Under the pieces are notes generated by a model. It ran no database searches, was not told the origin of the DNA, and saw only the letters and a list, made by a program, of their open reading frames with translations. A program made the position numbers and the translations under genes. From Actinomycetota bacterium (lineage in GTDB: Bacteria; Actinomycetota; Actinomycetes; Streptosporangiales; Streptosporangiaceae), in contig JBEHYF010000009.1 in assembly GCA_048498315.1 (NCBI GenBank), positions 1,884 through 65,883 of the forward strand: a DNA stretch of 64,000 nucleotides, given 5' to 3'. Below are positions 19,960 through 31,694 of this stretch, one piece after another. The first letter of the stretch is position 1. Each line of letters starts with the position of its first letter.

Positions 19960-20355
19960 TCAGCCGCAGGCGCTCTTCAGCTCCTTGCCCGCGTTGATCA
20001 GGTCGCTGGTGTCCGGCATCTGCGGCATCGTGCTTCCGCCGGCCGCGATCGACTTCACCTGGTTGCCCAGGTTCTCCAGCGCGGTCGCCGCGTGGTTCGC
20101 CGCCTTCTCAACCGCATCATCGCCGGAGTCCTTGCCCTCCTGACGCATGGTCGTGGCCGCGTTCGCATATGTCTGGGCGAGGCCGTTCGGATCGGAGACC
20201 TGGGTCATGCCCTTCTGCGAGGCGTCCTGGATTGTGCTCTGCAGCTTCTGGCACGCGGCGGCCTTATCACCGCTCCCGCCACAGGCCGCCGCCGACAGCG
20301 CGAGCGCCGTGGTCAGCACAAGCATTCCGGTGAACCGTACGGACGTGGGGGGCAT
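19960..20355 (-). CDS. Small lipoprotein of unknown function
   Basis: Lipobox ALSAAAC-GG; helical body; AGAAGAGAAGG purine-rich RBS region. Confidence 0.75.
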   Translation of the reverse strand: MPPTSVRFTGMLVLTTALALSAAACGGSGDKAAACQKLQSTIQDASQKGMTQVSDPNGLAQTYANAATTMRQEGKDSGDDAVEKAANHAATALENLGNQVKSIAAGGSTMPQMPDTSDLINAGKELKSACG

Positions 20356-20534
20356 CGCCTTCTCTTCTCGTATCGCGGTTTCGCCGGCAGCCGGGACGGC
20401 CGCCTGAGTCTCTCCTTCGATGCGAGCGAGGCCGCTGTGGTTCCCGTGACTTTCGCGGCCGTCCCGGCGGAGCCTCCGTGAACGTTCGTGGATCCGGCTT
20501 GCGCGGGCCCCGGCACGATGGATCTTGGTGGCGA

Positions 20535-21461
20535 TCACACCCCGTCGGACGGGACGGTAAGGACACCGCCTTGACGTTCCCCGCGCTCGCCGGCATGCCC
20601 CTGCTCGCCGGCGTGCTCGCGGGCGACCAGGACGGGGCAGACGGCGTGGTGAATGACGGCGTGCGCGGTGGTGCCGAGGGCGAGCGCGTGCACGCCGAAG
20701 TGGTCGCGCGCGCCGATCACAAGCAGTTCGGCGCGCGCGGACGCCTCCGCCAGCGCGCGCCGGGCGCTGTCGCACACCACCGACTCGACCACGCCGACCT
20801 GCGGGTACTTCTCCCGCCACGGCGCGACGGCCCGGCGCAGCAGCTTCGTCTCGTAGTGCTCGATGTCGGCCAGGGTCTCGCCCATCGGGGTCACGCCGGC
20901 CGGGGTCACCCCCATGATCGGCCGCCAGGCGCGCACCGCCCGTAGGCGTACGCCGCGCAGGTCGGCCTCGGCGAAGGCGGCCGCGAGCGCCTCGTCGGTG
21001 CCGATACCGACGACGATCTCCCGGTCGGCGACCGGTGGCCGCCAGCCGGCGCGGACGAGCACCACGGGAGCCGCGGCGTGGCCGGCGACCTGCAGCGCGA
21101 CCGAGCCGGCCAGCAGCTCGCGGAACCCGCCGCGGCCGCGTGCGCCGAGCACGACGAGGCCCGCGTCGGCGGACCGTTGGACGAGCGCCGCGGCCGGGCT
21201 GTCGGTGACGACCTTCGTCCGCACGTGCACCCCGGGAGCGATCTTCTCCGCCCTCCGCCGGGCGTCGGCCACCAGCCGCTGGGCGCCCTCCCAGCCGGCC
21301 GAACGGCTCGGGTCGGATGAGACGCCGAGCAGCGACCAGGGATAGACGTGGACGAGGTAGAGACCCACGCCGCGCCTGGCCGCCTCATGGGCCGCCCATT
21401 CCAGGCCGGCCTCGCTGGGGGCGGAGCCGTCCAGCCCCACCAGGATCGAGCGTCGCGCCAC
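20535..21461 (-). CDS. Universal stress protein (tandem USP domains)
   Basis: ILVGLDGS, VVLGARGRGGF...GSVA...PVVLV, IVVG, LGTTAHAVIHHAVCPVLV; only the 3' part of the 1126-aa track ORF is real. Confidence 0.9.
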   Translation of the reverse strand: MARRSILVGLDGSAPSEAGLEWAAHEAARRGVGLYLVHVYPWSLLGVSSDPSRSAGWEGAQRLVADARRRAEKIAPGVHVRTKVVTDSPAAALVQRSADAGLVVLGARGRGGFRELLAGSVALQVAGHAAAPVVLVRAGWRPPVADREIVVGIGTDEALAAAFAEADLRGVRLRAVRAWRPIMGVTPAGVTPMGETLADIEHYETKLLRRAVAPWREKYPQVGVVESVVCDSARRALAEASARAELLVIGARDHFGVHALALGTTAHAVIHHAVCPVLVAREHAGEQGHAGERGERQGGVLTVPSDGV

Positions 21462-21593
21462 GATGCACCTCCCCGCCTCGGCGCGCACGGACGGCCCGCC
21501 CGCGCACGCGGGACCCGGGGCGCCGGTCCCGGCCCTACCGCCATCGTCGGCACCGGTTCCGCCGCCTACCAGGGCCGTTCGGGTCCCTCGGGT

Positions 21594-21613
21594 CCCGGGA
21601 CCTTGGTCCCGGG
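21594..21613. promoter_or_regulatory. DosR/DevR-like box CCCGGGAC-CTTG-GTCCCGGG between divergent usp and ftsH
   Basis: GGGAC-N4-GTCCC core with palindromic flanks. Confidence 0.6.
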
Positions 21614-21812
21614 GGCGGCACCGTACGGCCCTACCGGCCGCGCGCGGGGCCGAGGGATGGTCAAGGGGGGAGGTTTGTATGAAACCTGCGGCGGTATTGG
21701 ACGCGGGTGCGGCGAAGGCGGCCGGCGGGCCGCCTGACGCCCGCCGCGCGGCAGTGCTGAGGGAGGACCGGCGCATCGGCGCCGGCAAGGTCGTCGTGCC
21801 GGTGATCAGCCC

Positions 21813-23762
<1,950 letters not shown>

Positions 23763-23838
23763 ACCAGCGGAGACCCGCACGGGCGACGAGGAGGAATGAC
23801 CGGTACCGAGCCCGTGAGCAAGGAAGGTGAGGACCACG

Positions 23839-24342
23839 ATGACCGAGCCGAACCCGGTCGCGGACGTGCTGCGCGACCTCGTCGACGAGTTGTACACGGT
23901 GGACGCGGCCGACACGCCGGCCGCGCTGCGGGCCGCGTGGCGCGGGTTCGACGCGCTCGCCGAGGCCGGGGACCTGCTGGCCGAGTCGCACGTCGACTAC
24001 GGGGTGCTGCAGCGCCACGCCCGCCCGTCGCTGTCGCGGGCCGAGCGGGCGCTGCGCGGCGCGCCCTCCCTGCCCGCCGACGTCAAGCCGCTGATGCTGA
24101 ACGTCGGCGGGTGGCGAACCCGGCCGGTCGCCGAGCACGTCGCCTACGCCATCCATCAGGACGTCCTCGACATCGCGTACGGGATCAACGCGCTGCTGCC
24201 GGCGGTGGCGGGCCACGCCCGCGACCGCGACGACCGCCGGGCCTGCCGCGAGGCGGCACGCCTGGCGCACCAGCTCGTCAACTGCTATGAGGGCCGGCTC
24301 AACCTGTTCACGACCTCACGGGCCCACCTCGCCCCGACCTGA
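23839..24342 (+). CDS. Hypothetical alpha-helical protein
   Basis: GAAGGTGAGG RBS, GC3-rich codons, amphipathic composition; no family recognised. Confidence 0.65.
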   Translation: MTEPNPVADVLRDLVDELYTVDAADTPAALRAAWRGFDALAEAGDLLAESHVDYGVLQRHARPSLSRAERALRGAPSLPADVKPLMLNVGGWRTRPVAEHVAYAIHQDVLDIAYGINALLPAVAGHARDRDDRRACREAARLAHQLVNCYEGRLNLFTTSRAHLAPT

Positions 24343-24509
24343 ACCGGCCCGCCCGGCCGACCGCCACGGCGCGGCGGCCGCGCGTCGGCGCGGTCGTCGC
24401 CCCTCCCGGCCCGGGATCGCCTCCGGAACGCGCCGGGAACCGACACGGCCGCGGCCGGCGACGACGCCGGCCCGTTCACCGCCGTTCACCGAAACCCGCG
24501 CGCTGCGCC

Positions 24510-25448
24510 TCACGGGCGCGGCACGAGGTCGTCCAGCGGCTCGTCGCGGTTCAGCCGGCCGATCGCGGTCGCCAGCAGGGCCGCCACCGACTCGCACTGT
24601 AGCGGCGGACGCGGCAGCGCCGGCCGGGCGAGCGTGTCGGTGACCAGCAGCCGCCGGATCGGCAGGCGGGCGAGCCGGTCGAGGGCATCGCCCACCAGAA
24701 GCCCGTGGGTGGCGGCGACGGCGATCGCCGGGGCGCCGCCGCGGGTCAGGACGGCACGGGCGGCCGCCTCGATCGTGCCGCCGGTGCTGATCATGTCGTC
24801 GACGATCACGGTGGGCCGCCCCTCGACGTCGCCGACCAGTTCCTGGGCGTACACCGTGGTGCCGGTGACGCGGGTCTTTCGCACGACGGCGACCGGCCGC
24901 CGCACCGTTGCGGCGTACCGCTCGGCCAGCTTCACCGCGCCCAGGTCCGGCGCGACGAGCACCGCGTCGCCGGGAACGGCGAGCGCCAGCAGCGCCACCG
25001 CGAGCAGCGGCACGGCGCTCAGCATCTCGACGGGGATGCCGCACGCCGCCTCCAGCGCGGTCGTATGCGGGTCGACGACCACGAGCCGGTCCGCACCGGT
25101 CGCGGTCACGGCGTCGGCGACCACCCGCGCGCCGACCGGCTCGCCCGCCCGGTCCCGGCGGTCCTGCCGGGCGTAGCCGAAGTACGGCACCACGGCGGTG
25201 ACCCTGGCCGCGCCGCCCCGGCGGCAGGCGTCCAGCAGGAACAGCAGCTCGACCAGGTTGTCGCCGACCGGCGGGCCGGTCGGCTGGATCACGTACACGT
25301 CGTCGCCGCGGACATGCCCGATGACGGGCCGCAGCTCGCCGTCGGGGAAGCGGTCCACCTCGCCGGGCACCGGACTGACGCCGAGCGCGTCCGCAACCGC
25401 GACGGCCAGCGCGCGGTTCGCCGATCCCGCGACGATCCGCGCAGGCAC
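24510..25448 (-). CDS. prs: Ribose-phosphate pyrophosphokinase
   Basis: IVAGSAN, RFPDGE, PYFGYARQDRR, VVVDPH, APDLGAVK, IVDDMISTGGT, ATHG; start codon approximate. Confidence 0.92.
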   Translation of the reverse strand: MPARIVAGSANRALAVAVADALGVSPVPGEVDRFPDGELRPVIGHVRGDDVYVIQPTGPPVGDNLVELLFLLDACRRGGAARVTAVVPYFGYARQDRRDRAGEPVGARVVADAVTATGADRLVVVDPHTTALEAACGIPVEMLSAVPLLAVALLALAVPGDAVLVAPDLGAVKLAERYAATVRRPVAVVRKTRVTGTTVYAQELVGDVEGRPTVIVDDMISTGGTIEAAARAVLTRGGAPAIAVAATHGLLVGDALDRLARLPIRRLLVTDTLARPALPRPPLQCESVAALLATAIGRLNRDEPLDDLVPRP

Positions 25449-25452
25449 GGCC

Positions 25453-25692
25453 TCAGGCGGGGACGTGGTCGCGCAGTCCCCGTGCGCCCGCGGACTCGGC
25501 GCACGAAGCACAGCAGAACACCATGTCGCCGGCCTGCACGCCGTGCCCGATCACCCGGCAGTCGCAGTGCCGGCAGGTCGGCGCCAGCCGATGGATCGCG
25601 CACTCGAAGCTGTCGAACACGTGCGTACGTCCGTCCATCCGGACCTCGAACGCGCTGGCATAGTCGTTGCCGCACACCTCACAGACAGCCAT
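25453..25692 (-). CDS. 79-aa Cys/His-rich metal-binding protein (TRASH-like plus metallothionein-like halves)
   Basis: MAVCEVCG...FDSFECAIH...CRHCDC..IGHG...FCCASCA; 9 Cys, 5 His; GGGGGAACG RBS; stop 4 nt before prs. Confidence 0.8.
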   Translation of the reverse strand: MAVCEVCGNDYASAFEVRMDGRTHVFDSFECAIHRLAPTCRHCDCRVIGHGVQAGDMVFCCASCAESAGARGLRDHVPA

Positions 25693-25861
25693 CGTTCCCC
25701 CCCGAAAGCGCAGGTCGCCCGCCACTATCTTCCTACCCAGAACTGACCGGATCGCACGAAACGCCGCTGGGTGCCGTGGGTGGCCCTGATCCGCCCGCCG
25801 TGCCGCGCGACGCCCCGGCAGGCGGATCACGCCGTCTCGCGGTACGAACGCCGGCCTTCCG

Positions 25862-25875
25862 GTGCCGGAGGTCCC
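25862..25875. promoter_or_regulatory. Weak DosR-like box (GGGAC-CTCC-GGCAC on - strand)
   Basis: One perfect half-site, located between divergent genes. Confidence 0.3.
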
Positions 25876-25959
25876 TGGCCGCCGCCGGGCGACGACGGCA
25901 GGCTGGAGATCGGGCGGCCCGCCCGCCGGGCCGCCCGACACGAGGACGAGGAGATCACG

Positions 25960-26130
25960 GTGTTCGAGTTCGCACCCCCGGCCGGACCGCCGCTGCGCCT
26001 GGGCGGCCGGCTGCTGCCGATCGTCGGCCGCGCCCGGATGTACATCTGCGGGATCACGCCCTACGACACCACGCATCTGGGTCATGCGCGGACGTTCGTG
26101 TGGGCGGACGTCCTCGCCCGCGTGCTGCGG
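25960..26130 (+). pseudogene. N-terminal relic of an MshC/CysRS-like ligase
   Basis: GAGGAG RBS then GTG; [30 protein letters not shown] (HIGH motif); homology ends after about 57 codons. Confidence 0.75.
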
Positions 26131-26185
26131 GGTCGCTGTCGTACGGGCTGCCCGCCCGGCGCGCCGCCGTGGTCAGCACCGGGCG

Positions 26186-26809
26186 TCAAGCAGGCGGCGG
26201 GTCGCGGCGGGCGAGGAGGAAGCAGTCGATGGCGAACCTGACGCCGTCGTCATCCGTGACCTCCCGGCGGCGGGCCTCGGCGGTCACGACGCGCAGGCCG
26301 CTGCCGGCGATGTCGGCCGCCGCGTCGCCGGCCGTGTACAGGACCGCCGGGTCCTGCGGGCCGCCGGTGCCGTGCGCCAGGTTGTCGCTGTCGTGCGCGA
26401 CGACGAGCAGCAGCCCGCCGCCGGCCACGGCGTCTGCGGCGGTGCGCAGCGCACGGGCCCGCAGCGCGGCCGGCACCTGCAGGTACGCGCTGATCACCAG
26501 GTCGTACCGGCCGTCAGGGACATAGTCCGCCAGGTCCGCCTCGACCAGCGTGACACGGTCGGCGGCGGCGCCGAGCCGCTGCCCGGCGAGCGAGCGGGCG
26601 CGCCGCAGCGCGACGGCGGAGAAGTCGACCGCCGTCACGGTCCAGCCGCGTTCGGCCAGCCACAGCGCGTTGCGGCCCTCGCCGGCGGCGAGGTCGAGCG
26701 CCCGGCCCGGCGGCAGGTCCGCGGCGACCTCCTCGACCCAGCGGTTCGGCCCCGCGGACCAGACGAGGTCCTTGGCGGCGTACCGGCGGTCCCACTCCGC
26801 GCTGTCCAC
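26186..26809 (-). CDS. Class I SAM-dependent methyltransferase
   Basis: EWDRRY...[39 protein letters not shown]. Confidence 0.9.
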   Translation of the reverse strand: MDSAEWDRRYAAKDLVWSAGPNRWVEEVAADLPPGRALDLAAGEGRNALWLAERGWTVTAVDFSAVALRRARSLAGQRLGAAADRVTLVEADLADYVPDGRYDLVISAYLQVPAALRARALRTAADAVAGGGLLLVVAHDSDNLAHGTGGPQDPAVLYTAGDAAADIAGSGLRVVTAEARRREVTDDDGVRFAIDCFLLARRDPPPA

Positions 26810-26866
26810 GAAACCTCCCCGGTCGTCGGCCTGCAACACGGCGAGACTATCGCCGGCGCGAGCCGT

Positions 26867-26968
26867 TCAGGTCAGGTCGATGCGGACGTCCGGCGGACGG
26901 GTGAGGGTGTTGTGCACGGTGCAGAGCCGGGCGACGGCGAGCAATGCCGCCCTCCGCGCGGCGGGCAG
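26867..26968 (-). pseudogene. C-terminal relic of an OsmC-family protein
   Basis: LPAARRAALLAVARLCTVHNTLTRPPDVRI matches the OsmC C-terminal CTVHNTL motif; no N-terminal part upstream. Confidence 0.65.
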
Positions 26969-27145
26969 GCCACGCGGGGCACGTGGAGAACCTGCAGCCC
27001 TGGGCCGGGACGGCGATCCACCTTCGCCCGTCTGCTGACGGCGCGCTGACGGCGGACGCCGCATCCGGCCCGCCGTCCGGGTTCGGCGGGCGACGTTCAG
27101 GCCGCGCGTGCACGTTCCGCGGCGCGGGTCCCGGAGCCGGCGGGT

Positions 27146-27586
27146 CTACCGGGTCGCGCGCCAGCCGTGTCGGCGCATCAGGACGGCCGCGACGCGGGCG
27201 AACCGTTCCGGTTCCAGCACCGCGCCCTCGCGGCGGATGTCGTCCTCGTCCAGCGCGAACACCCGGTCGAGGCGGAGGTAGGAGCGGCGGCCGTCACGAT
27301 CCCAGGCGCCGGAGCCGAGCTCCAGCCAGTCGGGCGAGTCGTCGTGGGGCTTGCTGGACAGCATCATGGCCAGGAGCCTGCGCCCGTGCCGGCCGATCAC
27401 CAGGAGCGGCCGGTCCTTGCCACGCGCCGGGTCCTCCTCGTACGGGACCCAGGCCCACACGATCTCGCCGGGGTCGGCGAGACCGTCCAGGTCGGGAGAG
27501 TATTCGAGGGTCGCCGCGCGCTCCGGGGTGTAGATCTCCCGGACGAAACCGCGGGCCGGCTTGGGGTCCTCACCATGATCGAGCAC
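27146..27586 (-). CDS. PemK/MazF-fold protein (Rv2405-like), no adjacent antitoxin
   Basis: YSPDLDGLADPGEIVWAWVPYEEDPARGKDRPLLVIG...GSGAWDRDGR.SYLRLDRV...IRREGA. Confidence 0.82.
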   Translation of the reverse strand: MLDHGEDPKPARGFVREIYTPERAATLEYSPDLDGLADPGEIVWAWVPYEEDPARGKDRPLLVIGRHGRRLLAMMLSSKPHDDSPDWLELGSGAWDRDGRRSYLRLDRVFALDEDDIRREGAVLEPERFARVAAVLMRRHGWRATR

Positions 27587-27698
27587 GCGGGCAGCCTACG
27601 TGAATTCCGCGTTACCCGTCGTGTCCTGCCGCGCGCGGGATGCCCCGATCGGGAGGATCGGGCCGTTCTTCACAGTGTCTCCTCGAAGGAGTGCAGCC

Positions 27699-27974
27699 AT
27701 GCTCAGGCGCTCCCGGTTGCTTTGTCGGAAGACCCGCGTCACGTTCAGCCTCCCCGCAGACCGGCCCGAAGGCGTCGTCAGCGTGGTCGGCGACTTCAAC
27801 CGCTGGGAGCCCGGCCGCCACGAGCTGGTCAGACGGCGCAACGGCACTCGCAGCGTCTCGGTCACGCTGTCGTCGGGCGTGCATCGCTTCCGCTACCTGG
27901 CCACCGGCGGCGTCTGGTTCGACGACGACACCGCCGACCGCACCGACGAGCACGGCAGCCTGATCGAGCTCTGA
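27699..27974 (+). CDS. Isoamylase early-set (CBM48-like) domain protein
   Basis: VTFSLP...VSVVGDFNRWEPG...HRFRYLATGGVWFDD; AAGGAG RBS. Confidence 0.85.
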   Translation: MLRRSRLLCRKTRVTFSLPADRPEGVVSVVGDFNRWEPGRHELVRRRNGTRSVSVTLSSGVHRFRYLATGGVWFDDDTADRTDEHGSLIEL

Positions 27975-28190
27975 CGCGACGGCCACGCTGCCCACGACGA
28001 CCGCACGGCCGGGACCGGGCCCCGCCTTCCGGCGCGCGCGGCGGGCGGGCGTCCCACGATGAAGCGTCCCGCCGGTGCTTCCGCCCGGACCGGCGCCCGC
28101 CCTTCCGGACCCGCGCCGGCGGCGCGGTCCCGAGCGTGGCACTGCCACGACCCGGGCCCGGCGCGTCCGGGCCCGGGCGGCGAGCCGCGG

Positions 28191-29276
28191 TCAGCCGGCC
28201 TTCCGGATGTTCGCCGGCACCAGCATGTCGTACGGAGGCGGCTGCTTGATGAGCCCCGTCTCCTGGTGGAACTTCACCGCCGTGTCATAGGAGCCACGGG
28301 CGATGCCGATGCCGTCCGGCACCTCGGTCGCGAGCAGCGCCGGGATGGCGGCCAGCGCCTTCGGGTTCGCGCCCTTCAGGTACTCCGGCAGCAGCGCCTT
28401 AACCTCGGCCGGGTTCGAGTGGATGTCGTGCTCGGCGCGGGCGATGGCGCGCAGGAACGCCGCGACCTCCTTGCGCTTCTTGTCCAGGACCTCCTGGGTG
28501 GTGAAGACGACGCCGTGCGTCACGCGGGTCAGGCCCGGGATGTCGCCCCTCGCCGGGGAGATGTAGGCCGAGCCGATCCCGGCGGCGGCCGCCTGCTGCG
28601 CGATGGGCTGGAAGAACGACAGCGCGTCCACCCGGTGGGACTTCAGCGCGCCGAGCGCTGCCGTCGACGTGCTGCCGAGGTTGACCAGCTCCGCGTCGGT
28701 CTGCGGGTTCATCCCGACCCGGTGGAACAGGTACGTGACCAGCGCCTCGGTCCCGCTGCCCGGCCCGGTGATGCCGATCTTCTTGCCCCGCAGGGCGCGG
28801 ATCCGCTGGTCCAGCGGCGCGGACACGGGCGGCCCGTCGAAGGAGGTGCCGACGACGACGTCGACGTAGTACCGGTCGACGAGGTCGGCGACGAGGCGCG
28901 TCTTGTCGTCGACGCGGGCGAGGTTGAAGCAGTCGGTCAGCACGCCGGCACCCAGGTCGATGCTGCCCGACTTGAGGGCCGCGGCGACCTTCGCGCCGGT
29001 GCCGAGCCGCGGCCGGGCGCCCAGCTTCACGCCCTCCTGGGTGAAGTAGCCCTTCTTCTCCGCGATGAACAGCGGGAAGAAGGCGATCGAGTTGCTGATC
29101 TGGCCGACGTTCAGCACGCCGCGGGCCGTGGCCGAGCCGCGTTTCGCGCACCCGGTCGCGGCCAGCAGCAACGCGACGACGGCGACCAGCACGGTGACGC
29201 TGCCGCGACGCGGCGGGCGCCGCCGGGGGCGGCGGGGCGGGCGGGTGGGTCCGGTGTCGGCGGTCGGATGGTTCAT
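28191..29276 (-). CDS. ABC transporter substrate-binding lipoprotein (NitT/TauT, NMT1/SsuA-like)
   Basis: Lipobox LLAATGC; FFPLFIAEKKGYF, LRGKKIGITGPGSGT. Confidence 0.88.
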   Translation of the reverse strand: MNHPTADTGPTRPPRRPRRRPPRRGSVTVLVAVVALLLAATGCAKRGSATARGVLNVGQISNSIAFFPLFIAEKKGYFTQEGVKLGARPRLGTGAKVAAALKSGSIDLGAGVLTDCFNLARVDDKTRLVADLVDRYYVDVVVGTSFDGPPVSAPLDQRIRALRGKKIGITGPGSGTEALVTYLFHRVGMNPQTDAELVNLGSTSTAALGALKSHRVDALSFFQPIAQQAAAAGIGSAYISPARGDIPGLTRVTHGVVFTTQEVLDKKRKEVAAFLRAIARAEHDIHSNPAEVKALLPEYLKGANPKALAAIPALLATEVPDGIGIARGSYDTAVKFHQETGLIKQPPPYDMLVPANIRKAG

Positions 29277-29281
29277 TTTCG

Positions 29282-30295
29282 TCACTCCAGCGGCTTCCAC
29301 CGGCTGAGCCGGCGGTCGATGAGGCCGACGAGGAGGTTCAGCAGCGCCGCGATGACGCTGAGCACGACCAGGGTGGCGAACACCCCGGCGGTGTCGAACT
29401 GCCCCGCGGCAGAGTTGATCAGATAACCGAGGCCGCGGTTCGACGCGACCAGTTCCCCGATGACGGCACCGATGAGCGCGTACGGCACCGCGACCTTCAG
29501 GCCGGTCAGCATGCCGGTCATCGACGAGGGCAGGATGACCTTCAACGCGACGTCGCGGCGCTTGCCGCCCATCAGCCGGACGGCGTCGATGAGGCCGCGG
29601 TCGACCTCGCGCACGCCGGCCGCGGTGTTGAGGAACACGAGGAAGAAGACGGTGGCCGCGGCCAGCAGCACCTTCATGTGCATGCCGATCCCGAACCACA
29701 CGATGAACAGCGGCGCCAGCGCGACCTTCGGGATCGAGTACAGCGCCATGATGAACGGGTCGAGCACGCGGTAGACCAGGGAGGCCGAGGCGAACAGGAA
29801 TCCGGTGACCGCGCCGGCCGCCGCGCCGAGCAGGTAGCCGTAGACGATCTCCTGGACGGTGATTCCGGTGTTGGTCCACAGCGTCCCGTCCCGCTCCCAC
29901 TGCACGAGCCGGTGCCAGATGTCGGTGGGCCGGCTCGTGAAGGTGGTGTCGAACCACCGGCCGGCGGACCACTGCCAGAGCACCAGCACCGCGGCGACCA
30001 GCAGCAGCCGCGCGATCCACACCGTCGCCGTGGTGCCGTGCTTCGCCCACCAGGTGCGTTCGACGCGCACGGTGACCGCGGCCGGGGCCGCCCCCGGCGT
30101 GGACGCCGTCTCCGCGCGTGTGCCCGCCTCCGGCCCGCCGGTGTCGCGCGCGGCCGCTTCCCGTACGGGCGCCGCCTCCGCCGGCGTCGCCTCGGCGGAT
30201 GCGGGCTCCGCGGGCGCGGGGGCCCGCCCGTCGCCCGCGGCGGTGCGCCCGGCCGGGGAGTGCCCTGCCAGAGGGTGTCCTGCCGGGTTCGTCAT
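29282..30295 (-). CDS. ABC transporter permease (NitT/TauT family) with Ala/Pro-rich N-terminal extension
   Basis: YSIPKVALAPLFIVWFGIG, EVDRGLIDAVRLMG, GAVIGELVASNRGLG; ATGA overlap with ATPase. Confidence 0.9.
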   Translation of the reverse strand: MTNPAGHPLAGHSPAGRTAAGDGRAPAPAEPASAEATPAEAAPVREAAARDTGGPEAGTRAETASTPGAAPAAVTVRVERTWWAKHGTTATVWIARLLLVAAVLVLWQWSAGRWFDTTFTSRPTDIWHRLVQWERDGTLWTNTGITVQEIVYGYLLGAAAGAVTGFLFASASLVYRVLDPFIMALYSIPKVALAPLFIVWFGIGMHMKVLLAAATVFFLVFLNTAAGVREVDRGLIDAVRLMGGKRRDVALKVILPSSMTGMLTGLKVAVPYALIGAVIGELVASNRGLGYLINSAAGQFDTAGVFATLVVLSVIAALLNLLVGLIDRRLSRWKPLE

Positions 30296-31059
30296 GCGGC
30301 CGCTCCTTCCTTCAGCGCCGCCGTCAGCTCCCGGTGGAGCGCGACGAAGTCCGGGTGGACGCGCAGCTCGTCGGCGACCCGCGGCCGGGGCAGCTCGATC
30401 GGGCGGTCGAGCACGATGCGGCCGAGGCGGCCCAGGACGACGACGCGGTCGCCGAGCAGCAGCGCCTCCTCGATGTCGTGGGTGACGAAGACGACGGTCT
30501 GGCCGCTGCCCTGCCACAGCCGGAGCAGCTCGGCCTGCAGGTCGCCGCGGAGCTGGGCGTCGAGCGCCCCGAACGGCTCGTCCATCAACAGCGTCTCGGG
30601 CTCGCCGGCGAGCATCCGTGCCAGGCTCACCCGACGCCGCATGCCGCCGGACAGCTCGCGCGGATAGTGCCGGGCGAAGCCGCCCAGGCTGACCCGCTCG
30701 ATGAGCTCGTCGGCGCGCTCGCGCCGCGTCTTCGCCGGCACTCCCCTGATCTCCAGCGGCATCTCGATGTTGCGGCGGACGTCCCGCCACGGCATGAGGG
30801 TGTCGGACTGGGTGAGGTAGCCGATCTCGGTCCGCGGCCCGGTCACGAGGCGGTCGCGGTACGTGACGGTGCCGGACGTGGGCCGCAGGAGCCCGGCGAC
30901 CAGGTTCAGCAGCGTCGACTTGCCGCATCCGCTGCGGCCGAGGACGGTGACGAAGCCGCCCTCTTCGACGGAGAGGGAGAAGTCGCGCAGCGCGACGATG
31001 CCCGCGTCGTCCTTGATGAAGTGCTTGGTCAGCTCCCGGGTCCGCAGGATCGCGCCCAT
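30292..31059 (-). CDS. ABC transporter ATP-binding protein (NitT/TauT family)
   Basis: GRSGCGKST, LSGGMRRR, LLMDEPFGALD, VTHD. Confidence 0.95.
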   Translation of the reverse strand: MGAILRTRELTKHFIKDDAGIVALRDFSLSVEEGGFVTVLGRSGCGKSTLLNLVAGLLRPTSGTVTYRDRLVTGPRTEIGYLTQSDTLMPWRDVRRNIEMPLEIRGVPAKTRRERADELIERVSLGGFARHYPRELSGGMRRRVSLARMLAGEPETLLMDEPFGALDAQLRGDLQAELLRLWQGSGQTVVFVTHDIEEALLLGDRVVVLGRLGRIVLDRPIELPRPRVADELRVHPDFVALHRELTAALKEGAAA

Positions 31060-31694
31060 CAGCCGCCTCCGCCCTCGTCGGCGGCGCGCATGCCGTACGC
31101 GTCGTAGCTGAGCTCACCGGCCCGCCACCGCTCGCGCAGGCCGGCCTCCTTGGCCAGCCGCTCGCGCACCGCCGCCAGGGTCGGCTCGACGTCGTCCGCC
31201 GGGACGACGACCGCGCCGTCGTCGTCGAGGACGACGAAGTCGCCGGTGCGGATGGTGGCGCCGCCGACGACGACCGGGCCGCCGATGGACCCGCGCGCGT
31301 TCTTCGTCGCGCCGCGGACGCGGACCCACCGGGTCCACACCGGCAGGCCCAGCGCGCGCAGCTCGGCGACGTCGCGGACGGACGCGTCGACCAGCACGGC
31401 CGCGGCGCCGTGCACCTTCGCCTGCGTGGCGAGCAACTCGCCCACCAGTGCGACCGGGCGCGGCTCCGGCATGGTGAGCACGAGCACCTCGCCGGGACGT
31501 ACGTTCGCCATCACCTCGTGCACGGCGCGGTTGTCGTCCTGCCCGCACAGCGCCGTGCGGGCGCGGCCCGCGACGGCGACGCCCGGCAGCACCGGGTGCA
31601 GGTCCGCGTCGATCAGGCCCTTCCGGCCGGCCGCCTCGTACACCGTGGCGACGCCGGCCGCGGCCAGCTCCTTCTCGGGGGTCGCCGCGGTCAC
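31059..31694 (-). CDS. galC: 4-carboxy-4-hydroxy-2-oxoadipate/HMG aldolase (RraA family)
   Basis: GVATVYEA, GRARTALCGQDDN, GELLATQA, DASVRDV, GDFVVLDDDGAVVVP; directly follows galB. Confidence 0.8.
   Translation of the reverse strand: MTAATPEKELAAAGVATVYEAAGRKGLIDADLHPVLPGVAVAGRARTALCGQDDNRAVHEVMANVRPGEVLVLTMPEPRPVALVGELLATQAKVHGAAAVLVDASVRDVAELRALGLPVWTRWVRVRGATKNARGSIGGPVVVGGATIRTGDFVVLDDDGAVVVPADDVEPTLAAVRERLAKEAGLRERWRAGELSYDAYGMRAADEGGGG

Noticed and set aside
29277-31117. Track ORFs of 619 aa (28191-30050) and 611 aa (29282-31117) suggesting fused ABC components
   Set aside because: Artefacts of open frames upstream; true starts at 29276 and 30295 give ordinary SBP and permease genes
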